Assembly (NCBI GenBank): GCA_030141605.1
Contig: JAQGDQ010002528.1
Span: forward strand, 1-8,565
Origin: Tubiluchus corallicola
Lineage: Eukaryota > Animalia > Priapulida
Direction of reading: 5' to 3'
DNA: 8,565 nucleotides
Shown here: positions 1-8,480 of the stretch, piece by piece
Numbering within the stretch: the first letter of the stretch is position 1
How the letters are laid out: the number at the start of each line of letters is the position of its first letter
Translations under genes and position numbers: made by a program
Notes under the pieces: generated by a model
What the model was told of the DNA's origin: nothing
The model's input: the letters and a program-made list of their open reading frames with translations, nothing else
Database searches by the model: none

Positions 1-501
1 GAAGCAAAAGAAACAAGTTATTTAGAGAGGCTATTAGAAAAAGCTAATGAAATGAAAGTTAAGGTAATCATAAGAAATAACCTAATAGATCATTCTAGAA
101 AGATAAATAAAAATGGTGAAAAAATATATTCTTTATGGGACGCTTATGTTCAGTCTGATATAGTAACTTACCCAAGTATTTATGAAGGGTGGGGCAATCA
201 ATTTTTAGAAGGTTTATTTGCTAAAAAACCTCAATTAGTTTTTGAATATTCAGTGTTTTTAGATGATATTAAGCCTTTAGGATTTAACTATATAACACTT
301 GGAAGTAAATACACTCTTGATAAAAATAATTTAGCTACAGTAGATAAGGATATAATGGAGAACGCAATTAAAAATGGAATTACATATTTGACTAATAAAA
401 AAAAAAGAGATGAGGATATGGATAAAAATTTTAGACTTGGTGAAGAACATCTTTCATTAAAATCACTTGAAAAAATATTAAAAACTGTATTTACATTTTA
501 G
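1..501 (+). CDS. GT-B (GT4-like) glycosyltransferase, C-terminal part, 5'-truncated by the window; resembles mannosylglucosylglycerate synthase (MggS-like)
   Basis: The frame is open from base 1 (EAKETSYLERLLEKANEMKV...), so the ATG at 52 is internal. It has the GT4 ExxG-x7-E type motif YPSIYEGWGNQFLEG. The block SLWDAY..SDIVTYPS.YEGWGNQ.LE...AKKP...FEY.VF..DIKP.G..Y..LG resembles Thermotogae MggS-type enzymes, from memory. Confidence 0.75.
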   Translation, partial: EAKETSYLERLLEKANEMKVKVIIRNNLIDHSRKINKNGEKIYSLWDAYVQSDIVTYPSIYEGWGNQFLEGLFAKKPQLVFEYSVFLDDIKPLGFNYITLGSKYTLDKNNLATVDKDIMENAIKNGITYLTNKKKRDEDMDKNFRLGEEHLSLKSLEKILKTVFTF

Positions 502-655
502 TTAATTTTAATTATAAAAATATGTCATCTAATTTTTTATAAAATGGAAAAATCTCTAAAAATACTATCATTACAAATATATTTTACAATAATATTTTAG
601 CTAGATATACTAAAGATATCCATTATTTTACTTGTATAAAATCATATTTCTTAAT

Positions 656-687
656 ATAAAGGGTTGTAGCTATTGCAACTCTTTATT
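656..687 (+). terminator. Probable intrinsic terminator downstream of the glycosyltransferase
   Basis: ATAAAGGGTTGTA (656-668), loop GCTAT, TGCAACTCTTTAT (674-686): a 13-bp stem with two G-U pairs and a short T-rich 3' side. Confidence 0.65.
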
Positions 688-714
688 GTCTATTACATAT
701 ATCTGTGCTATAAT
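686..714 (+). promoter_or_regulatory. Sigma70/SigA-type promoter for the mtnN operon, with extended -10
   Basis: -35 TTGTCT (686-691), 17-bp spacer, and a perfect -10 TATAAT (709-714) preceded by TGTG-C (extended -10). Confidence 0.8.
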
Positions 715-719
715 TTGTC

Positions 720-724
720 GGAGG
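720..724 (+). promoter_or_regulatory. Shine-Dalgarno site of mtnN
   Basis: GGAGG, 7 nt upstream of the ATG at 732. Confidence 0.75.
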
Positions 725-731
725 TTTTATT

Positions 732-1433
732 ATGACTATAGGAATAATAGGAGCTATGGTAGAAGAAGTTGAGTCTTTAAAAAAAGAAATGAGAGAAATC
801 AAAATTATAAAAGAAAAACTTTATACATTCTATTGCGGAATTATAAATAATAAAAAAATTATTTTAACAATCTGTGGTATAGGAAAAGTCAATAGCGCAG
901 TTCTTACGACTATATTAATAAAAAGATTTTGTGTCAATAAAATTATATTTACTGGAGTAGCAGGTGCTATAAATAGTGATTTAAATATAGGAGATGTTGT
1001 AATAAGTGATGATTTAATGTATCATGATTTTGATACAACATGCTTTTCAAAATCTTATAATTATGGAGAAATACCAAGAATGAAAACTAGTATTTTTAAA
1101 GCAAATAATGAGCTTATAAACTTGGCTAAAACAGTAGGAGAAAAAATTTTAATAAATCAAAAAATAAAAATAGGAAGAATAGTTAGCGGAGATCAATTTG
1201 TTTCTTCAAAAGATAAAATCAAATGGATTGAAAAAAATTTTAATGCCCTTTGCGTTGAGATGGAAGGGGCATCAGTTGCTCATGTTGCTCATATCTTCAA
1301 TATCGACTTTGTCATATTAAGAGCTATATCTGATAAAGCTGATCACAGCGCTAAGATAGATTACGAAAAATTTATTAAAATGGCAGCTAAAAACTCTAAA
1401 GAGATTGTTTTTTCCATGTTAAATGAATTGTAA
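732..1433 (+). CDS. mtnN: 5'-methylthioadenosine/S-adenosylhomocysteine nucleosidase
   Basis: 233 aa with IGIIGAM.EE, GIGKVNSA, IFTGVAG, SGDQFV, VEMEGASVAHV and RAISDKAD, the characteristic MtnN/Pfs motifs. Confidence 0.96.
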   Translation: MTIGIIGAMVEEVESLKKEMREIKIIKEKLYTFYCGIINNKKIILTICGIGKVNSAVLTTILIKRFCVNKIIFTGVAGAINSDLNIGDVVISDDLMYHDFDTTCFSKSYNYGEIPRMKTSIFKANNELINLAKTVGEKILINQKIKIGRIVSGDQFVSSKDKIKWIEKNFNALCVEMEGASVAHVAHIFNIDFVILRAISDKADHSAKIDYEKFIKMAAKNSKEIVFSMLNEL

Positions 1434-1482
1434 ATATTATCTATTGCTTTAGTTATACATTATATTATTTAAGGTGGTTGTT

Positions 1483-2352
1483 TTGAAAATCTATAAAGCC
1501 TCAAAAAAAACAATGAAATACGTATTTATAATAACTTTTTTTATAGTAATTTTATCAATTATTTTTTTAGTATATATTAATTATAGAGAATATAGTAAAA
1601 GGAAAAGTCTTATAAAAAAACAAATAGTCAATGAAACTAAAAATAAATTATTAATTAGAGAGGAAGATTACTTTAACAAAAAACTAGATGAAAGTTTGAA
1701 AAAGAGTTTAGCAAAATTAAAGATTATTTCTAGAAATGAACTTTATAAAAAAACTCCCCCTGTAAAATCTACACCTAAAAAAAGTGAAGATGCAATAAAA
1801 AAAATAAATGAAGTATTAGCCAAAGAAAATAATACTGAAAATATATCTAAAAATAAAGAATCCATAAATGATGACCACTTAAAAAACAAAGATGAAGAGC
1901 AAAGAATAAAAGAAAAATTATCAAGTATACCTACTACAGATAATGAAAAAAAACAAACTGATAATAATGAATCTGCTACAGGTAATAGTGCTACAGAAAA
2001 CAAAGAAGAGACAAAAATAGTAAATGACGATTCTGTTATAAATGATAAAAATGAAAAAACAGCTAGTAGTGAACCTAAAGAAAGTAACATTGAAATGAAA
2101 AAAGAAAAATTTTATTATTTAAAAATTGGAAACTTTAATAATATAGAAAAAGCACAAAACATATCTTCTAAATTAAATAATTACAACACATCCATTGAGG
2201 AAAACTATGTAGAGGTAAGTGGAGTTGAAAAGAAGATTTACACTGTAGTTACTCCATTAACAAAAGATATTGTAGAAGTTGAAATTTTAAATAAAGAATT
2301 AAAAGAAAAATTTTTAGACATAGAACCTGAAATTAAAGCGAGAGAAAAATGA
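1483..2352 (+). CDS. Single-pass membrane protein with a charged low-complexity linker and a C-terminal SPOR-like domain (FtsN/DedD-like architecture)
   Basis: Basic N-tail, a hydrophobic helix (YVFIITFFIVILSIIFLVYI), a long K/E/N-rich spacer, and a C-terminal FYYLKIGNFNNIEKAQNISSKL...IYTVVT.P resembling the SPOR Y.lQvGaF...nA motif. The start is probably TTG 1483 after AGGTGG (1472-1477); GTG 1474 and ATG 1513 are alternatives. The stop overlaps the hprK start (ATGA). Confidence 0.7.
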   Translation: MKIYKASKKTMKYVFIITFFIVILSIIFLVYINYREYSKRKSLIKKQIVNETKNKLLIREEDYFNKKLDESLKKSLAKLKIISRNELYKKTPPVKSTPKKSEDAIKKINEVLAKENNTENISKNKESINDDHLKNKDEEQRIKEKLSSIPTTDNEKKQTDNNESATGNSATENKEETKIVNDDSVINDKNEKTASSEPKESNIEMKKEKFYYLKIGNFNNIEKAQNISSKLNNYNTSIEENYVEVSGVEKKIYTVVTPLTKDIVEVEILNKELKEKFLDIEPEIKAREK

Positions 2353-4268
2353 AAAAACACGTAATAAAAATAAAAAAATTAATTGAAAAATTTGATTTAA
2401 AGGTAGTTGAAACAGGTAGATCTTTAGAGGACTATATATATTATCCTACAATATATAGGACAGGACCAGAGTTAATGTGCTTTTTTTCTAATGAAATAGA
2501 AATTAATAGATTTATAAACATCATAGGAAAAAGTGAAATAAAGTTTATTAATTCTAGATCTGAAAATTACATTAAAAAAATGTTTGAAAAATTTTTTTCG
2601 TGCTCCTTTCCATGTTTAATTGTTGCCTCTGGAGCAAAATTAAGTGATGACATATTAGAGATTGCAAAAAAAAAGAAAAAAACTATACTTACTTCTGAAA
2701 TTCCAACAACAATACTTATCAAAAAAATAAAACTATATTTACAGCAGATACTATCTCCAGAAATTGTTTTAGAAGGGCATACTTTATTAGAATTATTTGG
2801 AACTGGTATTTTAATAACTGGTTATGATGATGCAAGAATTGGAGTCACACTAGAGCTTATAGAAAGAGGACATAAATTAATAGCTGATGAAAATCTAATT
2901 GTTAAAAAATCAAGAAATAGCAAAATTTTAGGAGTAAATGGGTATAATAAAAATAGTGAAGAAGCCCATTATTATTTGATAACAAAAACAGGATTAAAAT
3001 CTATTGATATTAGCAACCATTTTGGTGTAAGAAGTGTAAAATATATGAAAAATATAGATCTAGTTATTGATCTAGAAATATGGGAAAAAGGAAAAAAATA
3101 TGACCGGTTAGGCTTAGATAGAGAGTATAAAATTTTTTTTGACCAAAAAATACCTAAGCATGTCTTACCAGTAAAAAAAGGTAGGAATTTAGCTGTTATA
3201 ATAGAAACTGCTGCTTTAAATGAAAGAGCTAAAAGAATTGGGATATTTTCAGCACAAGAATTTTCTGATAAAACTAAACAAATGATTAAAGAAAAAAGAG
3301 AGGCCTCTAAAGATATGGGAAATAGTCAAAAAATAAGTATAAGAGATATTATAGATGGTTTAAATTTAGAAATAGTGAATAAATCAGGACAACTAGAAAA
3401 TATCTACTTAGAAAATACTTCCGTCCACAGACCATCTTTAGCTTTATCTGGGTTTTATACAATATTAAAGGATTTAGAAGCTAATAGAATACAACTTTTT
3501 TCAAAGGTTGAATTTGAATATTTAGTCAGTTTAAAAAAAGAGGAAAAATTAAAAAATCTTGAAAATTATATGAAATTTGACTTTCCTGCAATTATAATTG
3601 CAAACCTTGAAAATATTCCCGAATATTTTTTAGAGTTTGTCAAAAAGTATAATAAAATACTATTAAGGTCAAAGGAGACACCAACTCAGTTTACAGCAAA
3701 CTTAGTCTCATATATAGAAAAAAAATTAGCTCCGTCATATAGCTTACATGGTGTACTAGTTGAAATATACGGTTTTGGAGTGCTTATCGTTGGAAGAAGT
3801 GGAGTTGGAAAAAGTGAAACTGCAATAGAATTGATACATAGAGGGCACCGGTTAGTAGCTGATGATCTAGTAAACCTCACATTAAATCCTGATGGCAAGA
3901 TTATGGGAAAAGCAGGAAAGCTACCTTATTTTATGGAAATCAGAGGATTAGGAATTATCGATATTAAAACTTTATATGGTATTAGTGCCATTAGAACTTC
4001 TAAAAGCCTAGATCTTATAATAGAACTTCAAGATAGTGAAACAAATGAATACATGTCAAAAGCTAGCTATTTAAAAAATAAAATTGAAATTTTTGGCAAA
4101 AAAATAGATAAAATTGAATTGTACATGTCCTCTGGAAGAAATGCGGCAGCAATGGTAGAAATTGCAACAATGAATATACTGTCTAGAAAAATGGGATATA
4201 ACCCTGACATTGAAAATAAAGGTGAAAACCTTGTAATAAAAGAAGAATATATAGATATGGAGGATTAA
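2349..4268 (+). CDS. hprK: HPr(Ser) kinase/phosphorylase, tandem-duplicated (two HprK units in one 639-aa chain)
   Basis: The C-half has HGVLVEIYGFGVLIVGRSGVGKSETAIELIHRGHRLVADD and MEIRGLGII. The N-half has the homologous GTGILITG...ELIERGHKLIADE, YDRLGLD and PVKKGRNLAVIIETAALN. Each half begins with an HprK N-terminal domain (YRTGPELMCFF; HRPSLALSGFY). Confidence 0.95.
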   Translation: MKKHVIKIKKLIEKFDLKVVETGRSLEDYIYYPTIYRTGPELMCFFSNEIEINRFINIIGKSEIKFINSRSENYIKKMFEKFFSCSFPCLIVASGAKLSDDILEIAKKKKKTILTSEIPTTILIKKIKLYLQQILSPEIVLEGHTLLELFGTGILITGYDDARIGVTLELIERGHKLIADENLIVKKSRNSKILGVNGYNKNSEEAHYYLITKTGLKSIDISNHFGVRSVKYMKNIDLVIDLEIWEKGKKYDRLGLDREYKIFFDQKIPKHVLPVKKGRNLAVIIETAALNERAKRIGIFSAQEFSDKTKQMIKEKREASKDMGNSQKISIRDIIDGLNLEIVNKSGQLENIYLENTSVHRPSLALSGFYTILKDLEANRIQLFSKVEFEYLVSLKKEEKLKNLENYMKFDFPAIIIANLENIPEYFLEFVKKYNKILLRSKETPTQFTANLVSYIEKKLAPSYSLHGVLVEIYGFGVLIVGRSGVGKSETAIELIHRGHRLVADDLVNLTLNPDGKIMGKAGKLPYFMEIRGLGIIDIKTLYGISAIRTSKSLDLIIELQDSETNEYMSKASYLKNKIEIFGKKIDKIELYMSSGRNAAAMVEIATMNILSRKMGYNPDIENKGENLVIKEEYIDMED

Positions 4269-4274
4269 CAGCTA

Positions 4275-5168
4275 ATGACAAATTTATTAAAACCTTCGGC
4301 AAAAGTATTAATAAAAACTTATTTACTAATTATCATAGGAGCTTTTATGATGGGAATGGGGTATAGCATCTTTCAAATACCTGCTAATTTAGCTTCTGGT
4401 GGAGTCACTGGTGTTAGTATTATTTTATCAAATTTTTTTAAAACTCCAGTTGGAACTTTAGTTCTAATCATGAATATTCCAATATTTTTGTTAGGATTAA
4501 GAATATTTGGAGCCACATATGGCAAAAAAACTTTAATTGCAACATTTTTACTTTCCTTTTTTATAGACATAATTCCACTGTTTATAAATATAACTCCTTT
4601 ATTTGACTTTAATAAAGGGGCCAACCTTTTATTAGCAGCAATCTATGGAGGGGCATTAGTCGGATTTGGCCTAGCTATGATTAACTATGTCGGTGGAAGC
4701 ACTGGAGGAACAGATATTTTAGCTCAAACACTAACAAAGTATTTAAAGATTCCCTTTGGTTCTTCTGTGGTTATTATAGATTTACTTGTACTTATGGCAG
4801 CAGCTTTTATATTTGGATTAGAAATATCTTTATACTCTGCTATAGCTCTATTTACTGCAGGATTTGCTTTAAATAGAGCCTTTAAAGGAAACGGGCAAAC
4901 AAAAATGCTATATGTAATTAGTGACAAATATGAAGAATTAAGAGAATATATAATAAAAGAGCTTGGGAGAGGTGGAACTTCTATTCCTTCTAAAGGTTTG
5001 TATTCTCATAAAGAAAAAAATATGATTATTACAGTATTAAGAAACAAGGAAATTTATCCTTTGATAAATAATATTAAAAAACTAGATAAAAAATCTTTTG
5101 TAATCATTACTGATGTATATGGAGCATTAGGAGAAGGCTTTATTCCAATAGAAAAAGACTTTGTTTAA
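4275..5168 (+). CDS. YitT family membrane protein (DUF161 + DUF2179)
   Basis: LASGGVTGVS, NIPIF..G, GGSTGGTDILA, LGRGGT...KGLYS, and C-terminal D..SFV...DV....GEGF, plus several TM segments. RBS GGAGGA at 4259-4264. Confidence 0.92.
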   Translation: MTNLLKPSAKVLIKTYLLIIIGAFMMGMGYSIFQIPANLASGGVTGVSIILSNFFKTPVGTLVLIMNIPIFLLGLRIFGATYGKKTLIATFLLSFFIDIIPLFINITPLFDFNKGANLLLAAIYGGALVGFGLAMINYVGGSTGGTDILAQTLTKYLKIPFGSSVVIIDLLVLMAAAFIFGLEISLYSAIALFTAGFALNRAFKGNGQTKMLYVISDKYEELREYIIKELGRGGTSIPSKGLYSHKEKNMIITVLRNKEIYPLINNIKKLDKKSFVIITDVYGALGEGFIPIEKDFV

Positions 5169-5204
5169 TTTTGATGTCAAATTTAAAATAGGAGATAACA
5201 TTAT

Positions 5205-6161
5205 ATGGAGGATTTCACTAATATAGTCAGTTTTATAGAAAATGCAAAGAATATTATTATAACTGGCCATACTGACCCTGACCCTGACGCTATATGTAGT
5301 AGCTTAGCACTTGCATTAGCTTTAAAAAAAAAATACGATAATAAAAAAAGTATAAAAGTGGTATTTTATGATAAAATACCTAAAAATGTCTTATTTTTAG
5401 ATAAAATATCTTTAGTTGAAGAATATAAAGAAAATTTAAATACAGATTTATTAATAACATTAGATAGCTCAACTCTGGAAAGAGTATCCCTAAAAAAAGA
5501 AAATATCAAAAAAGATTTTAAGATATTGAATATTGATCACCATATTTCAAATACTTATTATGGAGATGTAAATTTAATAAAAAACGTTTCATCAACTTGT
5601 GAAATAATATATAATTTTATTAAGTACCTTGATATTGAAATTGATAAGAGCATAGCTTCTTCATTATATGCAGGTTTGATTTTCGATACTGGAAATTTTT
5701 CACATTCCAACGTAACTTCAGATACATTTCTAATGGCAAGTAATCTTATAAAATATAAAATAGATAATAGTAAAATCACAAATAAGATTTTAATTGAAAA
5801 AACTAGAGTTCAATTTGAGTTCATAAAGGATTTACTTAGCAATATGCACATCATAGAAGAAAAATTAATTTATTACTTTCTTCCTTATTCTCTTTACAAT
5901 TCTTTAGAGGGTGAAAAAAGTGATTATGAAGGTTTAGTAACTTTATTAAATTCATATGAAAATTCTGAAGTAGCAGTCTTTATAAGGGGAAATAAAGATG
6001 GGTCTTCAAAGGTTAGTTTAAGAAGTAAGTACAGTGTTGATGTATTAGAAATAGCTAAGCATTTTGGCGGTGGTGGGCATAGAATGGCAGCAGGTTTTAC
6101 AGCTAGAAAAGGACCAGAATACATTATAGAAAAAATAATAAAAATTATGAGATCTAACTAA
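5205..6161 (+). CDS. nrnA: DHH/DHHA1 phosphoesterase (bifunctional oligoribonuclease / pAp phosphatase, NrnA-type)
   Basis: Motifs GHTDPDPDAICS, TLDSS, NIDHH, DTGNF, VSLRSK and GGGGHRMAAG; 318 aa. RBS AGGAG at about 5190-5194. Confidence 0.9.
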   Translation: MEDFTNIVSFIENAKNIIITGHTDPDPDAICSSLALALALKKKYDNKKSIKVVFYDKIPKNVLFLDKISLVEEYKENLNTDLLITLDSSTLERVSLKKENIKKDFKILNIDHHISNTYYGDVNLIKNVSSTCEIIYNFIKYLDIEIDKSIASSLYAGLIFDTGNFSHSNVTSDTFLMASNLIKYKIDNSKITNKILIEKTRVQFEFIKDLLSNMHIIEEKLIYYFLPYSLYNSLEGEKSDYEGLVTLLNSYENSEVAVFIRGNKDGSSKVSLRSKYSVDVLEIAKHFGGGGHRMAAGFTARKGPEYIIEKIIKIMRSN

Positions 6162-6272
6162 CAGTTAAAGTTTGCTTTAAAAGTTTCTTAATAAAAAATA
6201 AAATTTAATAAGCTTTATATGTAGAAGGCAGCAGTTATATTTCTATTGTATTTTTAATTTTACACATACATT

Positions 6273-6518
6273 TTAGAAATAAACTTTGCGTAATAATATT
6301 TTTAAAACTTCTATTATAATTAATAAAAAAAATGGTGATAAATCAATATTTATTTTTTTATAAAATTCATACTCAAAAGTTTTTAACAAAGGTTTTAATA
6401 TTATGTTAATCCATTTTGTCATATGTAATTTTTTCAATTTTGGAAAAATTTCCGCTGCAATATATATAAAAATTAAAACTTCTATTATATTAAAAATATA
6501 GTATATATATATTGCCAT
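6273..6518 (-). CDS. YggT/YlmG family small membrane protein
   Basis: 81 aa with two hydrophobic segments, an internal P.L motif and IDLSPFFLLIII resembling the YggT iDfSP motif. GGAGG RBS (cctcc 6524-6528 on +). Lies downstream of pgsA. Confidence 0.75.
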   Translation of the reverse strand: MAIYIYYIFNIIEVLIFIYIAAEIFPKLKKLHMTKWINIILKPLLKTFEYEFYKKINIDLSPFFLLIIIEVLKILLRKVYF

Positions 6519-6560
6519 TTTTACCTCCGGCTTATTATTTTGTCTATATTATAGATATTA

Positions 6561-7115
6561 TTATAAATCAGTAAAGTAATGCTTTCCTTGTTTTACATAG
6601 TTCCAACCTGATAAAACTGTTAATATAACTGGAAGTAACATAAGCCAAGGAACTGCTGGGTGCTCCCCTAATAATACTATTATTGTTATAATTGCCATTT
6701 GAGTAGCTGTTTTTATTTTTCCTGCCATATTAGCAGATATTATATCTCCCTTTGAAGCAGCTAGCATTCTTATACCACTTACTAAAAAATCTCTTGATAC
6801 AATCACTATTGCCATCCAACTTGGAATATATCCTTTTTCTACAAAAACTATAAGGGCAGCTAATACTAGTATTTTATCTGCTAAAGGATCCATTAGCTTT
6901 CCAAAATCAGTTATTAGATGCTCTCTCCTAGCTATATAACCATCTAGGTAATCTGTAATTGAAGCTATTATAAAAATTATTGCAGCTATTACTCTAGATC
7001 CAGATGAATATTTTGCATTACTAAGTAGTAAAACAAATGGGACTACTAGTAACAACCTCAAAATAGTCAATTTATTTGCAAGATTTATCTTTTTTATAGT
7101 TTCTAATGTCTTCAT
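6561..7115 (-). CDS. pgsA: CDP-diacylglycerol--glycerol-3-phosphate 3-phosphatidyltransferase
   Basis: NLANKLTILR and the CDP-alcohol phosphatidyltransferase motif TDYLDGYIARR...ITDFGKLMDPLADK, plus GKIKTATQM. The start is moved from GTG 7133 to ATG 7115 because GGAGG (7124-7120) precedes it. Confidence 0.95.
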   Translation of the reverse strand: MKTLETIKKINLANKLTILRLLLVVPFVLLLSNAKYSSGSRVIAAIIFIIASITDYLDGYIARREHLITDFGKLMDPLADKILVLAALIVFVEKGYIPSWMAIVIVSRDFLVSGIRMLAASKGDIISANMAGKIKTATQMAIITIIVLLGEHPAVPWLMLLPVILTVLSGWNYVKQGKHYFTDL

Positions 7116-7213
7116 ATTTCCTCCTAAAACCACAATTTATTATTAAAGAATTATATTTTGCTACTTACTATAAGTTATACAACCCTATAAATTTAAAATT
7201 TCTCCTACATATA

Positions 7214-8480
7214 TTAACATATTTTTCCAAAAAAATCATATTGATGACAATCATAAATTTCAACTTGAACAACTTCTCCTCTGTTAGCTGTTCCTTCAGT
7301 TAAAAATACTTTTCCGTCTATGTCATATGCTTGAGCTTCTGATCTTCCTTCTAACAAGTATTCTGATTCTTCAGAAATTCCATCAATCATTACATCTACT
7401 TTTTTTGAAACATAATTTTCTCTATTATAATTTTCAACAATTACATTTTGAATATTTGTAAGAGTGTTGTATCTTTTTTCTTTTACTTCTTCTTCTATTT
7501 GGTCTTCCATTAAATAAGCTTCTGTATCTTCTTCATGAGAATACTTGAAAACACCTATATAATCAAATCTAAATTTTTCTATAAATGATTTCACTTCTAA
7601 AAACTCTTCTTCTGTTTCACCAGGAAAACCTACTATAATAGATGTTCTTATAGTTGCATCAGGTATATCTCTTCTTATTTTTTCTAAGACATTTTTTATA
7701 TCGTCGCTACTATTTGCTCTTTTCATTTTTTTTAGTATCTTTGATGAAATGTGTTGTATAGGAACATCAAAATAGTTGCATATTTTTTTTTCTTCTTTTA
7801 CTATTTGAATTAATTCATCTGTTACTGATAGGGGAAACAAATAATATAATCGTATCCATTTTATTTTTTCAATTTTTACTAATTTTTTAAGTAGCTCTGG
7901 AAGTGCTCTTTTTTTGTATATATCAAGGCCGTACTCTGTAACTTCTTGAGCTAATAAATTTATTTCTTTTATTCCTTTATTTGCTAAATTTTCCACTTCT
8001 TTTACTATATCTTCAATTTTTCTACTTCTAAGAGGCCCTCTAAGTTCAGGGATAATACAATAGGCACATTTTCTATTACAGCCTTCTGCTATTTTCACAT
8101 ACGCTAAATGAGGGGGTGTTGTTATTATACGTTCTGTTTTATAGTCAGGTAGAAAATCAAATGTTTCATTATAGATATTTTTTTCACCATTATATATGTT
8201 TTCTATTAATATATTTATTTTATCTATTTCTCCAGTTCCAATGATTCCATCTATCTCAGGTATTTCATCCATTAAATCTTTACCATATTTTTGCGCTAGG
8301 CATCCTGCAACAATAATTTTTATGTTTTTTCTTTCTTTTTTTAGTTCTGATACTTCTATAATTGTATCTATTGCTTCTTGCTTAGCATCAAGTATAAAAC
8401 CACACGTATTTATGATTATAATATCAGCTTCATTTATATCATTCGTTATTTGGGTGTCATCTCTATTATTAGCAAAAACC
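7214..8480 (-). CDS. rimO: Ribosomal protein S12 methylthiotransferase, interrupted near its 5' end (N-terminal ~20-25 codons not in the window)
   Basis: INTCGFI.DAKQE.I, AGCLAQKY, the radical-SAM triad IAEGCNRKCAYCIIP, IIVGFPGETEEEF and the C-terminal TRAM segment GRSEAQAYDIDG. The expected LGCxKNxVDSE motif is absent in all three - strand frames up to 8565, and there is an in-frame TAA at 8545-8543. Confidence 0.93.

Noticed and set aside
502-655. Riboswitch, sRNA or CRISPR array in the 230-bp spacer before mtnN
   Set aside because: It is extremely AT-rich with no repeats or recognisable SAM/SAH aptamer motifs, and it lies upstream of the predicted promoter.
1743-2090. 115-aa antisense ORF
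   Set aside because: It is a shadow of the K/E/N-rich linker (F/S/L-rich mirror composition) with no recognisable motif.
3686-6124. Short antisense ORFs at 3686-3898, 4373-4624, 4724-4927, 5558-5779 and 5924-6124
   Set aside because: All lie fully opposite well-supported conserved genes and have no independent evidence.
6162-6272. Bidirectional terminator between nrnA and yggT (TTAAAG-TTTG-CTTTAA, 6165-6180)
   Set aside because: The stem is only 6 bp and AT-rich, too weak to call.
7106-7303. 65-aa + strand ORF
   Set aside because: It overlaps the pgsA start and the rimO end antisense, and has no RBS or motif.
397-7791. A/T homopolymers (A10 397-406, A9 2666-2674, A10 5324-5333, T9 7783-7791) as phase-variation tracts
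   Set aside because: Such runs are expected from Lys codons in very AT-rich DNA, and all the frames are intact.
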